In this document: positions 29,068-38,485 of the stretch, piece after piece
Position numbering within the stretch: position 1 is the first letter of the stretch
How the letters are laid out: each line of letters starts with the position of its first letter
Source: Geobacter sp.
GTDB lineage: Bacteria > Desulfobacterota > Desulfuromonadia > Geobacterales > Geobacteraceae
Assembly: GCA_003314535.1 (NCBI GenBank)
Contig: POSG01000012.1
Span: forward strand, 5,825-69,824
DNA: 64,000 bases
Reading direction: 5' to 3'
Translations under genes and position numbers: made by a program
Notes under the pieces: generated by a model
What the model was told of the DNA's origin: nothing
The model's input: only the letters and a program-made list of their open reading frames with translations
Database searches by the model: none

Positions 29068-30144
29068 TCAAGGAGCTGCCATGGCAGGGTCCGGCAGATA
29101 CTGTTCGAAATGCCGCTTTTCCTGGGCGCAACGATAGGCTTCCTCCGGCTTTATCTTCTTCGTTTTCAGAAGTTCCAGGATATGTTGATCCATAAGTTGC
29201 ATCCCGTCCTTTTTGCCTGTCTGGATTATGGATGGAATCTGGAATGTCTTCCCTTCGCGGATAAGGTTGGCAATGGCAGGGGTTCCGGACATGATCTCCA
29301 TGGCTGCAACCCTTCCCTTGCCTTCGGCGGTCTTCAGGAGCTGCTGGCAAACAACGCCCCTCAGGGATTCGGACAGCATGGTCCGCACCTGTTCCTGCCC
29401 GTCCTTTGGAAAAGCGTCTATTATCCTGTCGACCGTCTTGGCAGCCGAGTTGGTATGCAGCGTGCCGAAGACCAGGTGGCCGGTTTCAGCTGCGGTCATG
29501 GCGAGGCTTATGGTCTCGAGGTCGCGCATTTCGCCCACGAGAATGACATCGGGGTCTTCCCTGAGGGCTGCTCTCAAGGCAGCGGAAAAGCTTTCGGAAT
29601 GTTCGCCGATCTGCCGCTGGTTCAACAGAGATTCCTTGTTTTCATGAATGAATTCAAGGGGATCCTCCAGGGTAAGGATGTGGTCCCTGCGGGTGGAGTT
29701 GATCAGGTCGATCATGGCGGCAAGGGTGGTGGATTTGCCCGAGCCGGTCGGCCCGGTAACGAGTACCAGCCCTTTCTTGAGCATTGTCATTTTGCGCACC
29801 CCTTCAGGAAGCCCCAGGTCGTCGGCGGACAGGATTTTGGCCGGGATGATGCGAAAAACCGCCCCTATCCCCTTGTGCTGCATGAAAATGTTGCCGCGGA
29901 AGCGTGCAAAGCCTGGAATCGCATAGGCGAAATCCAGGTCACGCCGGGCATCGAATTCCTGCCGCTGCTTTTCCGACAATATTTCAAAAAGGATGGCCCT
30001 GAGCTCCTCATGGGACAGTGACTTGTAATTGAGGCGCACCATGTCGCCGTGAAGCCTGAATATGGGCGGCGAGCCGGTGGACAGGTGGAGGTCGGAAGCC
30101 CCCTGTTCCTTCATCATTTTGAAAAGCGTATCTATTCTGGCCAT
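29068..30144 (-). CDS. pilT: Type IV pilus twitching motility ATPase PilT
   Basis: N-terminal GASDLHL, Walker A GPTGSGKSTT, Asp box, Walker B ILVGEMRD, and His box TGHLVFGTLHTN. Confidence 0.92.
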   Translation of the reverse strand: MARIDTLFKMMKEQGASDLHLSTGSPPIFRLHGDMVRLNYKSLSHEELRAILFEILSEKQRQEFDARRDLDFAYAIPGFARFRGNIFMQHKGIGAVFRIIPAKILSADDLGLPEGVRKMTMLKKGLVLVTGPTGSGKSTTLAAMIDLINSTRRDHILTLEDPLEFIHENKESLLNQRQIGEHSESFSAALRAALREDPDVILVGEMRDLETISLAMTAAETGHLVFGTLHTNSAAKTVDRIIDAFPKDGQEQVRTMLSESLRGVVCQQLLKTAEGKGRVAAMEIMSGTPAIANLIREGKTFQIPSIIQTGKKDGMQLMDQHILELLKTKKIKPEEAYRCAQEKRHFEQYLPDPAMAAP

Positions 30145-30290
30145 TTTTCGATCTCCTTTTATGTCAACGGAATCCGGGGAATGGGGAAGGGCGCAGAATG
30201 TGGCCCGCCGGATGCCCGGATTGAATATGTCGATTACTGCGCGTCACATGAACTCAAGGGTAACTTTCAACAAGGTGAGACGCCGGGAAA

Positions 30291-31928
30291 TCAGGTGCTG
30301 CCAAGGCCCGCCCGAAGCGAATCGTATTCACTGCGCGTTATTTCCCCGCTGGCAAACAGTTCCTCGATATCCTGCCCGATGCCCCTGTAACCGCTCTTTG
30401 CAAGGTAGCGGAGCAGAACGGAGCTTTCCCTGGCGACGGAAAATTTGTGACGGAATCCTTCATTGAAGGAAACGACATCCAAGAGGTATTTTAATGGTCC
30501 GAAGCCGCTGAAGCTGCACTCAACGCAACCGGAAGCCGATCGGCAAACGTCGACGCCGGTTTTTTCTACCTCCTCCCTGCAATGAGGGCAGAGCGTTTTC
30601 ACTTCGGTGATGGCTACAACTCCGCTTATCCCACCGGAAAGCGATGAGTTGGCAAATCGAGCCTGGAGCAGGTAGGCAAGGCAGGAATCCAGACCATTGC
30701 GGGATATCCCGACGACCACTTTCTTTCCGCGCATGGCCAATTCCCATGCCGCGTTTAAGGAACCGCCATCAGTAACATCCTCCATCACTACCACGTCAGG
30801 GTCATGATCCAGGATGGCGGAGATCAGCATCCCCATATTGGCGCGATCGGCATCAGCAAGGGGAATACGGGGATAGGGACGCTTCCCCCTTCCTATCCCT
30901 TCCCCCAGCAATATCACATTGCCGCTGTGCGCCGCTCCGTCATCAAGGAAAATGTCAATGAAACGATTCCGCAATGGCCGGTCGGTGGATGAGAAAATGA
31001 CCATGCCCGAACCTGTCAACGAGAGGGCCCGGAGCCTTTCAGCCATGGAAGGCTTCAGTCCCGTTTCGCCCAGATCTGCAGGGAGTTCGCTGCACGGGTA
31101 TTGCTTGAGAGTTATACATTCCCCCTCAGCAGCTTTTATCATTGAAACATGGAGCGACACATCACATCCATTATATGCAAAAACGAGTCGACCCTCGGTG
31201 ACCGGTTCTTGTGATCCGTTGATTTTGCTGACTTTCCTCAGGTATGTGATAAGTTGGGGATAGGAAGCAACCGGGAACTCTCCAATTTGCCTGAAGGTCC
31301 CCCTGATTCTGCCGGACACGTGAACGACCCCCCCTGCCGGCTGCAGTGAAAGTGTGGAAAACCCATTCTGGAAGAAGAAAAGGACCAGGCAATCCAGGAG
31401 CTTGGAGCCGCTGGGGTCCGAATTGATTTCTTCCAGCAATTCATGGAAGAACGCAGAAGATGAAAATCCGAAGGAAAAATCTTCCGCCGCAGGCCCATAG
31501 AACAGGTCCAGCATCTCCCGCAGTTCTCTTATGATAGGTATGGAAACGGTTACCTTGCAGCCGGTAATGAGTTCCACCTCTTCAACGGCAGCCCTGTTCA
31601 GCGGATCCGCCAGGGCGATGTGGAGTTCTTCACCGGAACGTATGATCGGTATGAGGTTGAATTTGCGCGCCAATTCGGGCGAGATCAGCCTGGTTGCATC
31701 CCGGTCGATGACCTGCTCGCTCAGCCTCACATAGGGTATTCCCAACTGGTTGGAAAGCGCCCAGTCGATGTCTTCCTGCATCACGATGCCGAGCCTGACC
31801 AGTGCTTCCCCGAACCTGCAGCCTGAAGAAGTCTGTTCCTCCAATGCCGCCGCAATATCCTGTTCCTTGATGATTCCGGATGTGAACAGGATCGTACCAA
31901 GTGTCCCTTTTTTCACCAGATTGTCCAT
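30291..31928 (-). CDS. PilB/GspE-family protein with an intact MshEN (c-di-GMP-binding) N-domain and a degenerate ATPase core
   Basis: Two 24-aa motifs, TLGTILFTSGIIKEQDIAAALEEQ and RFGEALVRLGIVMQEDIDWALSNQ, are separated by 5 residues. The Walker A position reads VIFSSTDRPLRN, with no GxxGxGK[ST]. The His box is degenerate (RGKKVVVGISRN). The C-terminal CPHC...CVEC cluster is retained. Confidence 0.7.
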   Translation of the reverse strand: MDNLVKKGTLGTILFTSGIIKEQDIAAALEEQTSSGCRFGEALVRLGIVMQEDIDWALSNQLGIPYVRLSEQVIDRDATRLISPELARKFNLIPIIRSGEELHIALADPLNRAAVEEVELITGCKVTVSIPIIRELREMLDLFYGPAAEDFSFGFSSSAFFHELLEEINSDPSGSKLLDCLVLFFFQNGFSTLSLQPAGGVVHVSGRIRGTFRQIGEFPVASYPQLITYLRKVSKINGSQEPVTEGRLVFAYNGCDVSLHVSMIKAAEGECITLKQYPCSELPADLGETGLKPSMAERLRALSLTGSGMVIFSSTDRPLRNRFIDIFLDDGAAHSGNVILLGEGIGRGKRPYPRIPLADADRANMGMLISAILDHDPDVVVMEDVTDGGSLNAAWELAMRGKKVVVGISRNGLDSCLAYLLQARFANSSLSGGISGVVAITEVKTLCPHCREEVEKTGVDVCRSASGCVECSFSGFGPLKYLLDVVSFNEGFRHKFSVARESSVLLRYLAKSGYRGIGQDIEELFASGEITRSEYDSLRAGLGST

Positions 31929-32110
31929 TCCTTTCTCCCTCAAGCCTACGACGTTCCCGCATTGCTCCGGATGCCCGGAAAACGGGACTGTTCTGTCCGT
32001 ATCGGACGAACTCGTGTAAACTTTACATTCTTCGGGGCGATATGATAGCCTTCATGGAATACATTGCTCAACCAATCCAACGGGATCCATAATGAACTAC
32101 AGGAGAAACC

Positions 32111-33115
32111 ATGAGACGAAAAGCACTTGCCCTGTTCTCCGGAGGGCTCGATTCCATACTTGCGGTCAAGCTGATGCTGGAACAGGGCATCGATGTGGAA
32201 GCCATCAACTTCACCTCTCCATTCTTCATGTTCAAGGGCGGCAAGGGAAAAAGCGAAACAGAAGCGGTCAGAGCAGCACGGGAGCTTCACATACCCATCA
32301 AGGTGGTCGATCTCGGCATCGAGTTCCTTGAGATGATAAGCAGGCCGAAGCACGGTTACGGAAGCGGCATGAATCCCTGCATAGACTGCCGTATCTATTT
32401 TCTCCGCAGGGCAAAGGAATACATGCCGGAAAGCGGAGCTGACTTCATCATTACCGGTGAAGTCCTGGGACAACGCCCCATGAGCCAGAGGAGGGATGCA
32501 CTCCGCCTTGTCGAACGGGAAAGCGGACTCGAGGGGCTGCTGCTCCGCCCCCTGTCTGCCAGGCATTTCAACCCTACCATACCGGAGCAGGAGGGATGGG
32601 TCGACCGGGAAAAACTCCCGGCAATATCCGGCCGCTCCCGCAGGGAGCAGATGCAGCTGGCTGATGAGCTGGAGGTCAGGAACTACCCATGCCCCACGGG
32701 TGGCTGCCTGCTCACGGAACCGTCGTTTCTTTCAAAGATTCGAGATGTTTTCGGGCATGCGGAAAAGCTTGACCCAAGGGACTTCCATTTGCTGCTGGTC
32801 GGTCGTCATTTTCGCCTGGGCCCGGTTACCAAGGTCATCATAGGACGCAACGAAGCGGAAAACCTGGCGATGGACAAAGCAGTCCATACCGGTGACACTG
32901 TTCTGCACTGGCTCGACGGCGGCAGCCCCCTCGGCATGGTCACCGGGACGGCCGAAACAGATATGCTCGAAACAGCCGCAAAGATTCTGTTGCGCTATAC
33001 CAAGGCAAAGCCCGGTGTCGAGCACACCATTAAAATCACCGCCGACGGTAAAGAAAGCATGCTGAAAGTGCTGCATGAATTTGACGAAGCCGCAGTGGAG
33101 AAATTCCGGATATGA
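32111..33115 (+). CDS. PP-loop ATP pyrophosphatase family protein (ThiI/MnmA-like tRNA thiolation-type)
   Basis: SGGLDS PP-loop at residues 10-15 and an NPCIDCR cysteine motif. Confidence 0.6.
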   Translation: MRRKALALFSGGLDSILAVKLMLEQGIDVEAINFTSPFFMFKGGKGKSETEAVRAARELHIPIKVVDLGIEFLEMISRPKHGYGSGMNPCIDCRIYFLRRAKEYMPESGADFIITGEVLGQRPMSQRRDALRLVERESGLEGLLLRPLSARHFNPTIPEQEGWVDREKLPAISGRSRREQMQLADELEVRNYPCPTGGCLLTEPSFLSKIRDVFGHAEKLDPRDFHLLLVGRHFRLGPVTKVIIGRNEAENLAMDKAVHTGDTVLHWLDGGSPLGMVTGTAETDMLETAAKILLRYTKAKPGVEHTIKITADGKESMLKVLHEFDEAAVEKFRI

Positions 33116-33125
33116 TGGACGGAGG

Positions 33126-34091
33126 CTAATTTTCCCCTCCCTGACGTTCCTGGTCCGACGGTGATGGTTCCTGGTAAGCCGGCGCAGGTCCTTCGGATGC
33201 TCCCGGTTCCGGCGCGGCAAAGGGCTCGGAGCCTTCTCCCTCGGGCTGCGGGGGCATATCCTGCAGAGGTTCCCGCATGACCGCGCCGGTCAGGTTGGAA
33301 AACGCCTCTTCTTTCTTTATGCTTTCGTCGACCTTCTGCTGCAGCCTGTTCACGTTCGGCTGCTGGGAAAGGGCCAGCCTGTATTCCCCTTCAGTCAGTA
33401 TGCCTTTCCTGCGCAACAACCTGAGGATTTCGTCTGACCGATGGACAACCTTGTCCAGGTTGAGGTATGGGTTGTAGGCTACGCGCGGTCCCGGAAGCAT
33501 GGCCGCAAGGAAGGCGCATTCCCTCGGGGTCAGGGAAGAGGCCGGCTTGCCGAAATAATAACGGGCGCCGTGTCCGATCCCGTAAACCATGGGTCCCAGC
33601 TCGACCACGTTGAGATAGAGTTCCAGGATGCGGCCCTTGGTAAGCTGCTCATCCATCCGGCGCGCAAGGACGATCTCCTTGGCCTTTCGGCTCAGGGTCT
33701 TCTCTCGGGAAAGAAAGAGATTCTTCGCCACCTGCTGGGTTATGGTGGATGCTCCGCGTGCGAAGCTCTTCTTCTCTAGGTCATATTTGATGGCGTTCTT
33801 GATGGCCTTGACATCGATTCCCTCATGCTTGTAGAAGCGGGCATCCTCCGCCAGGATCACCGCCCATTTCATTTCCGGGGGGATGGCCGCCGACCTGGTC
33901 CAGTAGGGGTTCTTCGGCCCGACCACAAAGGGATGGTAGTTGCCGTTCCAGTCCTTTACGCGGATGGTCATGCTCATCCGGCGATCCTTGAGAGAATCCA
34001 CCGAGGGAAGGAAAAGTAGAGAAACTCCTATGTAGGCGGCATAGAGCAAAACGGCGCCGATGGTGAAGAACAGGATCTTTTTCAGTTTCAA
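33126..34091 (-). CDS. mtgA: Monofunctional peptidoglycan glycosyltransferase (GT51)
   Basis: N-terminal TM segment. GT51 motifs EDARFYKHEGID, GASTITQQVAKN and RKAKE. Confidence 0.85.
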   Translation of the reverse strand: MKLKKILFFTIGAVLLYAAYIGVSLLFLPSVDSLKDRRMSMTIRVKDWNGNYHPFVVGPKNPYWTRSAAIPPEMKWAVILAEDARFYKHEGIDVKAIKNAIKYDLEKKSFARGASTITQQVAKNLFLSREKTLSRKAKEIVLARRMDEQLTKGRILELYLNVVELGPMVYGIGHGARYYFGKPASSLTPRECAFLAAMLPGPRVAYNPYLNLDKVVHRSDEILRLLRRKGILTEGEYRLALSQQPNVNRLQQKVDESIKKEEAFSNLTGAVMREPLQDMPPQPEGEGSEPFAAPEPGASEGPAPAYQEPSPSDQERQGGEN

Positions 34092-34143
34092 CGTGCTACC
34101 TCTGAGTGTTTACCCTTTACAGGCAATGGGCTGCATGGGTATT

Positions 34144-35316
34144 TTAAGTTTTTTTTCGCCGTGAACTGCCCGCCGGCTTGCTTTCCTGCACTTTCAATTC
34201 CTTGGAGGCGCTGGTCTTTTTCCGTTGCGACGTACTTTTGGTCTTGCATCCGCGAGTCTTGCAACCGGAGCATTCCAGACGCCCATCGGTTTTTCTTTCC
34301 CGCAGGTTGCTCTTTGCGACCCGTGAACGTTTTTCAGCCATTCCGACCGCCATCCTTATGGCTGCAATCATGCTCAGTTCGGAAGCCTTGCCGGTCCCTG
34401 CAAGATCATATGCGGTTCCGTGGTCCACGGAGGTGCGAATGATGGGCAGTCCAAGGGTAACATTCACCCCGTCATCGAAATGGAGCAGTTTCAGCGGGAT
34501 AAGCCCCTGGTCGTGATACATGCAGACCACCCCGTCATAGTCTCCCCTTGCCGCGAAATGGAAAAGCATGTCCGCCGAAAGCGGGCCGTGTGCGTCAATT
34601 CCCTCTTTCCTGGCCAATTCGACCGCGGGGCCGATGACCCGCCGCTCTTCGTCGCCGAAAAGCCCCCGCTCCCCGCAGTGCGGGTTCAGCGCCAGAACGG
34701 CAAGACGCGGATTCTCCCGGAAATAGGTGTGAAGGCCCCGATGGGTGGACCTGATGGTGGCCAACACCCGCTCGATGGTGACCAGCCCCGGCACATCAGA
34801 CAGGGGTTCGTGGATGGTGACGAGGGTGACCCGCAGCCGGTCGCCTGCCAGCATCATAACGTAGTCTTTGCATCCGGTCAGATCAGCCACGAGTTCCGTG
34901 TGGCCGGGATAGCGATGGCCGCCCCTGTTCAATGAAGCCTTGCTTATCGGCGCCGTAACCATGGCGGCTGCTTCTCCGGAAAGGCAGAGGCGAACTGCTT
35001 CCGCAACATAGCGGAACATTGCGTCGCCGGCTTCGGAGGAAGGCCCTCCGTATTCCATGTCTGTCGGGGCCAGGCTGGACAGAGAGCGGAGGAAGATCTT
35101 GCCGGTGGTATCCTGAGTTGGCAAACCGTCGGTCAGCTCAAGGGTGAGAGCTGACCCGGTTACTGCCAGCGCCCGCTCCATGGCCGAGGTATCGCCGATT
35201 ACCAGAGGCCTGCACGCCGACGTTACCGCCGGATCGGCAAGCGCCTTGGCAATCACCTCGGGCCCAACTCCGGAGGGATCTCCCATGGTTATGGCAACTA
35301 TCGGTTTCTTCATCAT
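34144..35316 (-). CDS. pdxA: 4-hydroxythreonine-4-phosphate dehydrogenase PdxA with a ~55-60 aa basic C-terminal extension
   Basis: N-terminal ITMGDPSGVGPE and His-rich metal site (HTE..., NPHCGE..., HG). At 390 aa the ORF is longer than the PdxA lengths I expect from memory (about 330 aa). The tail is Lys/Arg/Ser-rich and contains CSGCKTRGC. Confidence 0.8.
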   Translation of the reverse strand: MMKKPIVAITMGDPSGVGPEVIAKALADPAVTSACRPLVIGDTSAMERALAVTGSALTLELTDGLPTQDTTGKIFLRSLSSLAPTDMEYGGPSSEAGDAMFRYVAEAVRLCLSGEAAAMVTAPISKASLNRGGHRYPGHTELVADLTGCKDYVMMLAGDRLRVTLVTIHEPLSDVPGLVTIERVLATIRSTHRGLHTYFRENPRLAVLALNPHCGERGLFGDEERRVIGPAVELARKEGIDAHGPLSADMLFHFAARGDYDGVVCMYHDQGLIPLKLLHFDDGVNVTLGLPIIRTSVDHGTAYDLAGTGKASELSMIAAIRMAVGMAEKRSRVAKSNLRERKTDGRLECSGCKTRGCKTKSTSQRKKTSASKELKVQESKPAGSSRRKKT

Positions 35317-35458
35317 ACTTTCCTCGCATGGAATCAGTAGTCCGCAGCCGGCTGAATCATTATTGCAGCCCGGTTGACTCTCCGGACCGCGGCGTGTATA
35401 TATGAACGGGCGGTGTCAATCTCCGCCCCGAAAAACTGTCATTCAGGGTTGAAAAACC

Positions 35459-36040
35459 ATGAAAATTACGATCTGCCTTGTGGCGCTCGCCACCTTCCTT
35501 GCCTGCGATGTGTCGGCAAACCGTTCCCTGCCCGTGGACAACGGCAGGGTGACATCGGTTGTCGGCTGGCGCATGGACCCTTTCGGAAGCGGGCGCATGC
35601 TTTATCACCGGGGCATTGACATCGCGGTTCCCACAGGGTCGCGGGTGTATTCAGTGCGAAACGGAACCGTGCTTTTTGCCGGGAGCAGCAAAGGATACGG
35701 GAACCTGGTGGTTGTGGACCACGGTGACGGTTACGTCTCGTTTTACGGGCACAACTCCGCTCTCATGGTTTCACCGGGCCAGCGGGTCGACAGCCGCACG
35801 GTCATCGCGCTTTCCGGAAATTCCGGCCGTTCCACCGGGCCCCATGTCCATTACGAGCTTGGCAGAACAAAGGATTACCAGGGACGATGGCCCTCCCATC
35901 CGAGGAGAGCCCCTGAAATGGCGCTGGACAATGAGTTCATCGAAATAATCGACGGCCTTTCAATCAAAGGAGAAGCCGTTTTTTCCCAGCCCTCCGAGTC
36001 GGCTGACACGTCGGATCTCATAGCCCTCCAGCCCAATTAG
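35459..36040 (+). CDS. M23 family metallopeptidase
   Basis: HRGIDIAVPTGS and GPHVHYE (HxxxD / HxH) motifs. N-terminal signal sequence. Confidence 0.85.
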   Translation: MKITICLVALATFLACDVSANRSLPVDNGRVTSVVGWRMDPFGSGRMLYHRGIDIAVPTGSRVYSVRNGTVLFAGSSKGYGNLVVVDHGDGYVSFYGHNSALMVSPGQRVDSRTVIALSGNSGRSTGPHVHYELGRTKDYQGRWPSHPRRAPEMALDNEFIEIIDGLSIKGEAVFSQPSESADTSDLIALQPN

Positions 36041-36100
36041 TTTTCATCCGGAAAGTCTCTATGGGGCCAGAGCGGAAAAAGACCGTTTCCGGATGAAAAC
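36040..36100. terminator. Long perfect inverted repeat between convergent genes (GTTTTCATCCGGAAA ... TTTCCGGATGAAAAC)
   Basis: 15-bp perfect arms with a 31-nt loop, positioned exactly between the two stop codons. Confidence 0.5.
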
Positions 36101-36103
36101 CGA

Positions 36104-36439
36104 CTAACGAGCCGCCAGCCCCAGTATCAGGTTCACATAGCAGGCAAAATCCCCGATCTCTTTCCTGTCGTAACCCAGATCGGCCCTCCAGGCCACATCC
36201 TCGCCTTCCTCCCGCATAACCTGCTCCAACATGTCGCAGGCCCTGATGAAAGCGTCATGGGCCTCGGTTCTGGCGGAATTCATCCCGGCCCTCCCGTCCT
36301 GGGACGCAAGCTGCCATTCGGCCCTCATGCAGGCATAAGCTGCTGCCGCGCGAAAGAACACCATCCTCTGTTCAGCCAGTTTCGACCTGCCGATCGCATA
36401 GGCGAGACGGGTAGCCTTTTCCCAATCCATTCGGTCCAC
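36104..36439 (-). CDS. Hypothetical protein (111 aa)
   Basis: ORF with coding-like composition. No motif recognised. Confidence 0.4.
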   Translation of the reverse strand: MDRMDWEKATRLAYAIGRSKLAEQRMVFFRAAAAYACMRAEWQLASQDGRAGMNSARTEAHDAFIRACDMLEQVMREEGEDVAWRADLGYDRKEIGDFACYVNLILGLAAR

Positions 36440-36557
36440 CTTACGGATTTTTTTGGCCCCACTGCCATGTCAGGCAATGGCTGCCACACATGAAAACGTT
36501 CCGATCATATATACCCCACACTGAAGCAAAGAAAAAGGGCTGATTTCACCATGGCGC

Positions 36558-36587
36558 AAAAAAACCCCCGGTTTGAGCGACCGGGGG
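36558..36587 (-). terminator. Intrinsic terminator of the rubredoxin-ferredoxin operon
   Basis: CCCCCGG/CCGGGGG stem followed on the minus strand by TTTTTTT. Confidence 0.7.
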
Positions 36588-36616
36588 CCATGGAAAGACT
36601 CTTTTTTTGCCGGAGT

Positions 36617-36808
36617 TCAGTCCTGCCAGTAGATGCAGTTGACCGGACAGCCGTCGATCGCCTCCTGAATCTTCTGCTCTGAAGCGCCGGCGGGGTCGTA
36701 CACCTCTGCCAGATTGTCATCGGTCAGGCGAAAGACCTCCGGAGCGGTATCCACGCAGAGGCCGCAACTGATGCAGGCATCCTGGTCAACATAGGGGATT
36801 CTTGCCAT
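36617..36808 (-). CDS. Small single-cluster ferredoxin
   Basis: The CISCGLC ... CP motif fits a [3Fe-4S]/[4Fe-4S] ferredoxin of about 63 aa. Confidence 0.75.
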   Translation of the reverse strand: MARIPYVDQDACISCGLCVDTAPEVFRLTDDNLAEVYDPAGASEQKIQEAIDGCPVNCIYWQD

Positions 36809-36828
36809 TGGAATCGACCTCCTTCTTG

Positions 36829-36987
36829 TCAAACCTTCTCGAAAAAGCTCTTCTCAGCTCCGCAGACCGGGCAGACCCAGTTGTCCGGAAGATTTTCGAA
36901 TGCCGTTCCCGGGCTGACGCCGTTAGGGGGGTCACCCGCTGACGGGTCGTAGATATAGTCGCATATCGTGCATCGGTAGCTATCCAT
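36829..36987 (-). CDS. Rubredoxin
   Basis: CTICDYIYD ... WVCPVCG are the two CxxC knuckles. AGGAGG lies upstream of the ATG at 36987. Confidence 0.88.
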   Translation of the reverse strand: MDSYRCTICDYIYDPSAGDPPNGVSPGTAFENLPDNWVCPVCGAEKSFFEKV

Positions 36988-37278
36988 TTTTTCCTCCTCT
37001 TGCTCAAGTTGAACGAAACGATTCCAGTGTACCCCGTTTTTCCAGCGTGGCAAGCAGCGCGGATTTTCAGCCCGGTATTTGCCGAGTCGAATCCGACTAC
37101 CTGGTGTTCATCCTGAAACTCAAGACAAACACAATGCAGTTTCCAGATCGGAAAGAGGGGATTTTTTGTCCTGGCAAAGAGATCAAAGGTTTGCGCAGAG
37201 GCATACTTCAGTATGTCGCACAAGCAATCCCGCAGATTGACACCGCCAGGGCTAAAAAGCACCCTTTCCGGATGGAAA

Positions 37279-37881
37279 CTACCTCACGATAACCTCGACC
37301 CTTCTGTTGCGGGGCTCGGGAGTCTCGTCCGGCGTGCGGACCAGCGGGTTGTCTTCGCCGTGGGATGCCAGCTCCAGGCTGCCGGGTGCAATGCCGCTTG
37401 AAACGAGGAGATCCCTTACCGTTCCAGCGCGATCCAGGGCAAGGGCGAAATTGGCCTCCCGTGAACCGACGCTGTCCGTATGCCCCACGACGCTGACATC
37501 CGAGGAGTTGCGGGCCACCGCCGCTGGAAGTATCTCGTCGAAAAGTTTCCTCGATTCCGGGGTCAGCGTCGTGGAGCCCTGGATGAAGTAAAGGGTGAAA
37601 TGGATGGGTGGGAGGGGGAGCGCATCAAGCGATTCGGAGAAAATGCCCCTTACCTGCTCTTCGGTGAGGTGAAACGGTGCGGAAGGGGCTGACTCGAACG
37701 ACTGCAGCGAGGTTGCCTGTCCCGGTTCGCCGAGGGACTGGCTGCCTCCCTTGTTGGACACCACGATCCGGCCGGTTTTTCCGTCGGTATCCGGGAGCAG
37801 GACGATCATGTTTCCGGTCTGTGCGCATGAGAAACAGGAAACAACTGGTAGAACGACGATAAAAAGCCATCTTATGCTCAT
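37279..37881 (-). CDS. OmpA-family (peptidoglycan-binding) protein
   Basis: C-terminal VVGHTDSVGS...NFALALDRAGTV...NRRVEVIV is the OmpA_C motif. N-terminal signal sequence. Confidence 0.8.
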   Translation of the reverse strand: MSIRWLFIVVLPVVSCFSCAQTGNMIVLLPDTDGKTGRIVVSNKGGSQSLGEPGQATSLQSFESAPSAPFHLTEEQVRGIFSESLDALPLPPIHFTLYFIQGSTTLTPESRKLFDEILPAAVARNSSDVSVVGHTDSVGSREANFALALDRAGTVRDLLVSSGIAPGSLELASHGEDNPLVRTPDETPEPRNRRVEVIVR

Positions 37882-37941
37882 TCAAGCACCTCGTACACAT
37901 CCGGTAAAACGTCCCCAGGAGAAGCTGCGCTTCCGCCCATT

Positions 37942-38406
37942 CTACTCCCCGCCGCCTTCTTCGATTCGGACAGCAAACCGCGTTCCCCGAAGGCCTATGG
38001 TAGCCACCGGGGTTTCAAAGCGAACGGATTCCGGAGCCAGCTTTCCGATTATCCCTGAGACATAAGCTGCCGTTCCCTTGAGCATCCTGGTGACCAGGGA
38101 CAGCTTCCCCTCCGCAGGCGAGTAGAGAAATTCATTAACGACAATTTCGCTGCCCGGCCCGATGGACAGCAGGGTGTCGTCCCTGAAGACCATGGCCAGG
38201 GATCCATGAGCGCCGGTTTTCAGGGTGTCGTTCCGGTACACCCTGGCGCCGATCGCCGCGGCAACGGGCTTGGAGCCCCTGACGATCGAAGCGTCGCCTT
38301 TGACCGTCTTGATGCTGCCGACATGGGTTTCCATGGCGCTGATCGCGCATGGACAAAGCCATAGCAGCAAGGTCAATACGAGCAGTATCTTTTTCTTTTC
38401 GCTCAT
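37942..38406 (-). CDS. FecR-domain protein
   Basis: Signal peptide. The region GSIKTVKGDASIVRG...GARVYRNDTLKTG...SLAMVFRDDTLLSIGPGSE is typical of FecR domains. Confidence 0.65.
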   Translation of the reverse strand: MSEKKKILLVLTLLLWLCPCAISAMETHVGSIKTVKGDASIVRGSKPVAAAIGARVYRNDTLKTGAHGSLAMVFRDDTLLSIGPGSEIVVNEFLYSPAEGKLSLVTRMLKGTAAYVSGIIGKLAPESVRFETPVATIGLRGTRFAVRIEEGGGE

Positions 38407-38485
38407 TTATGGTCCGCCTTTCAGCAGGCAACATGATTGATGCATTTTCATCAATTGTATCCAACTTTGCGGATTTCGCAAAAAG

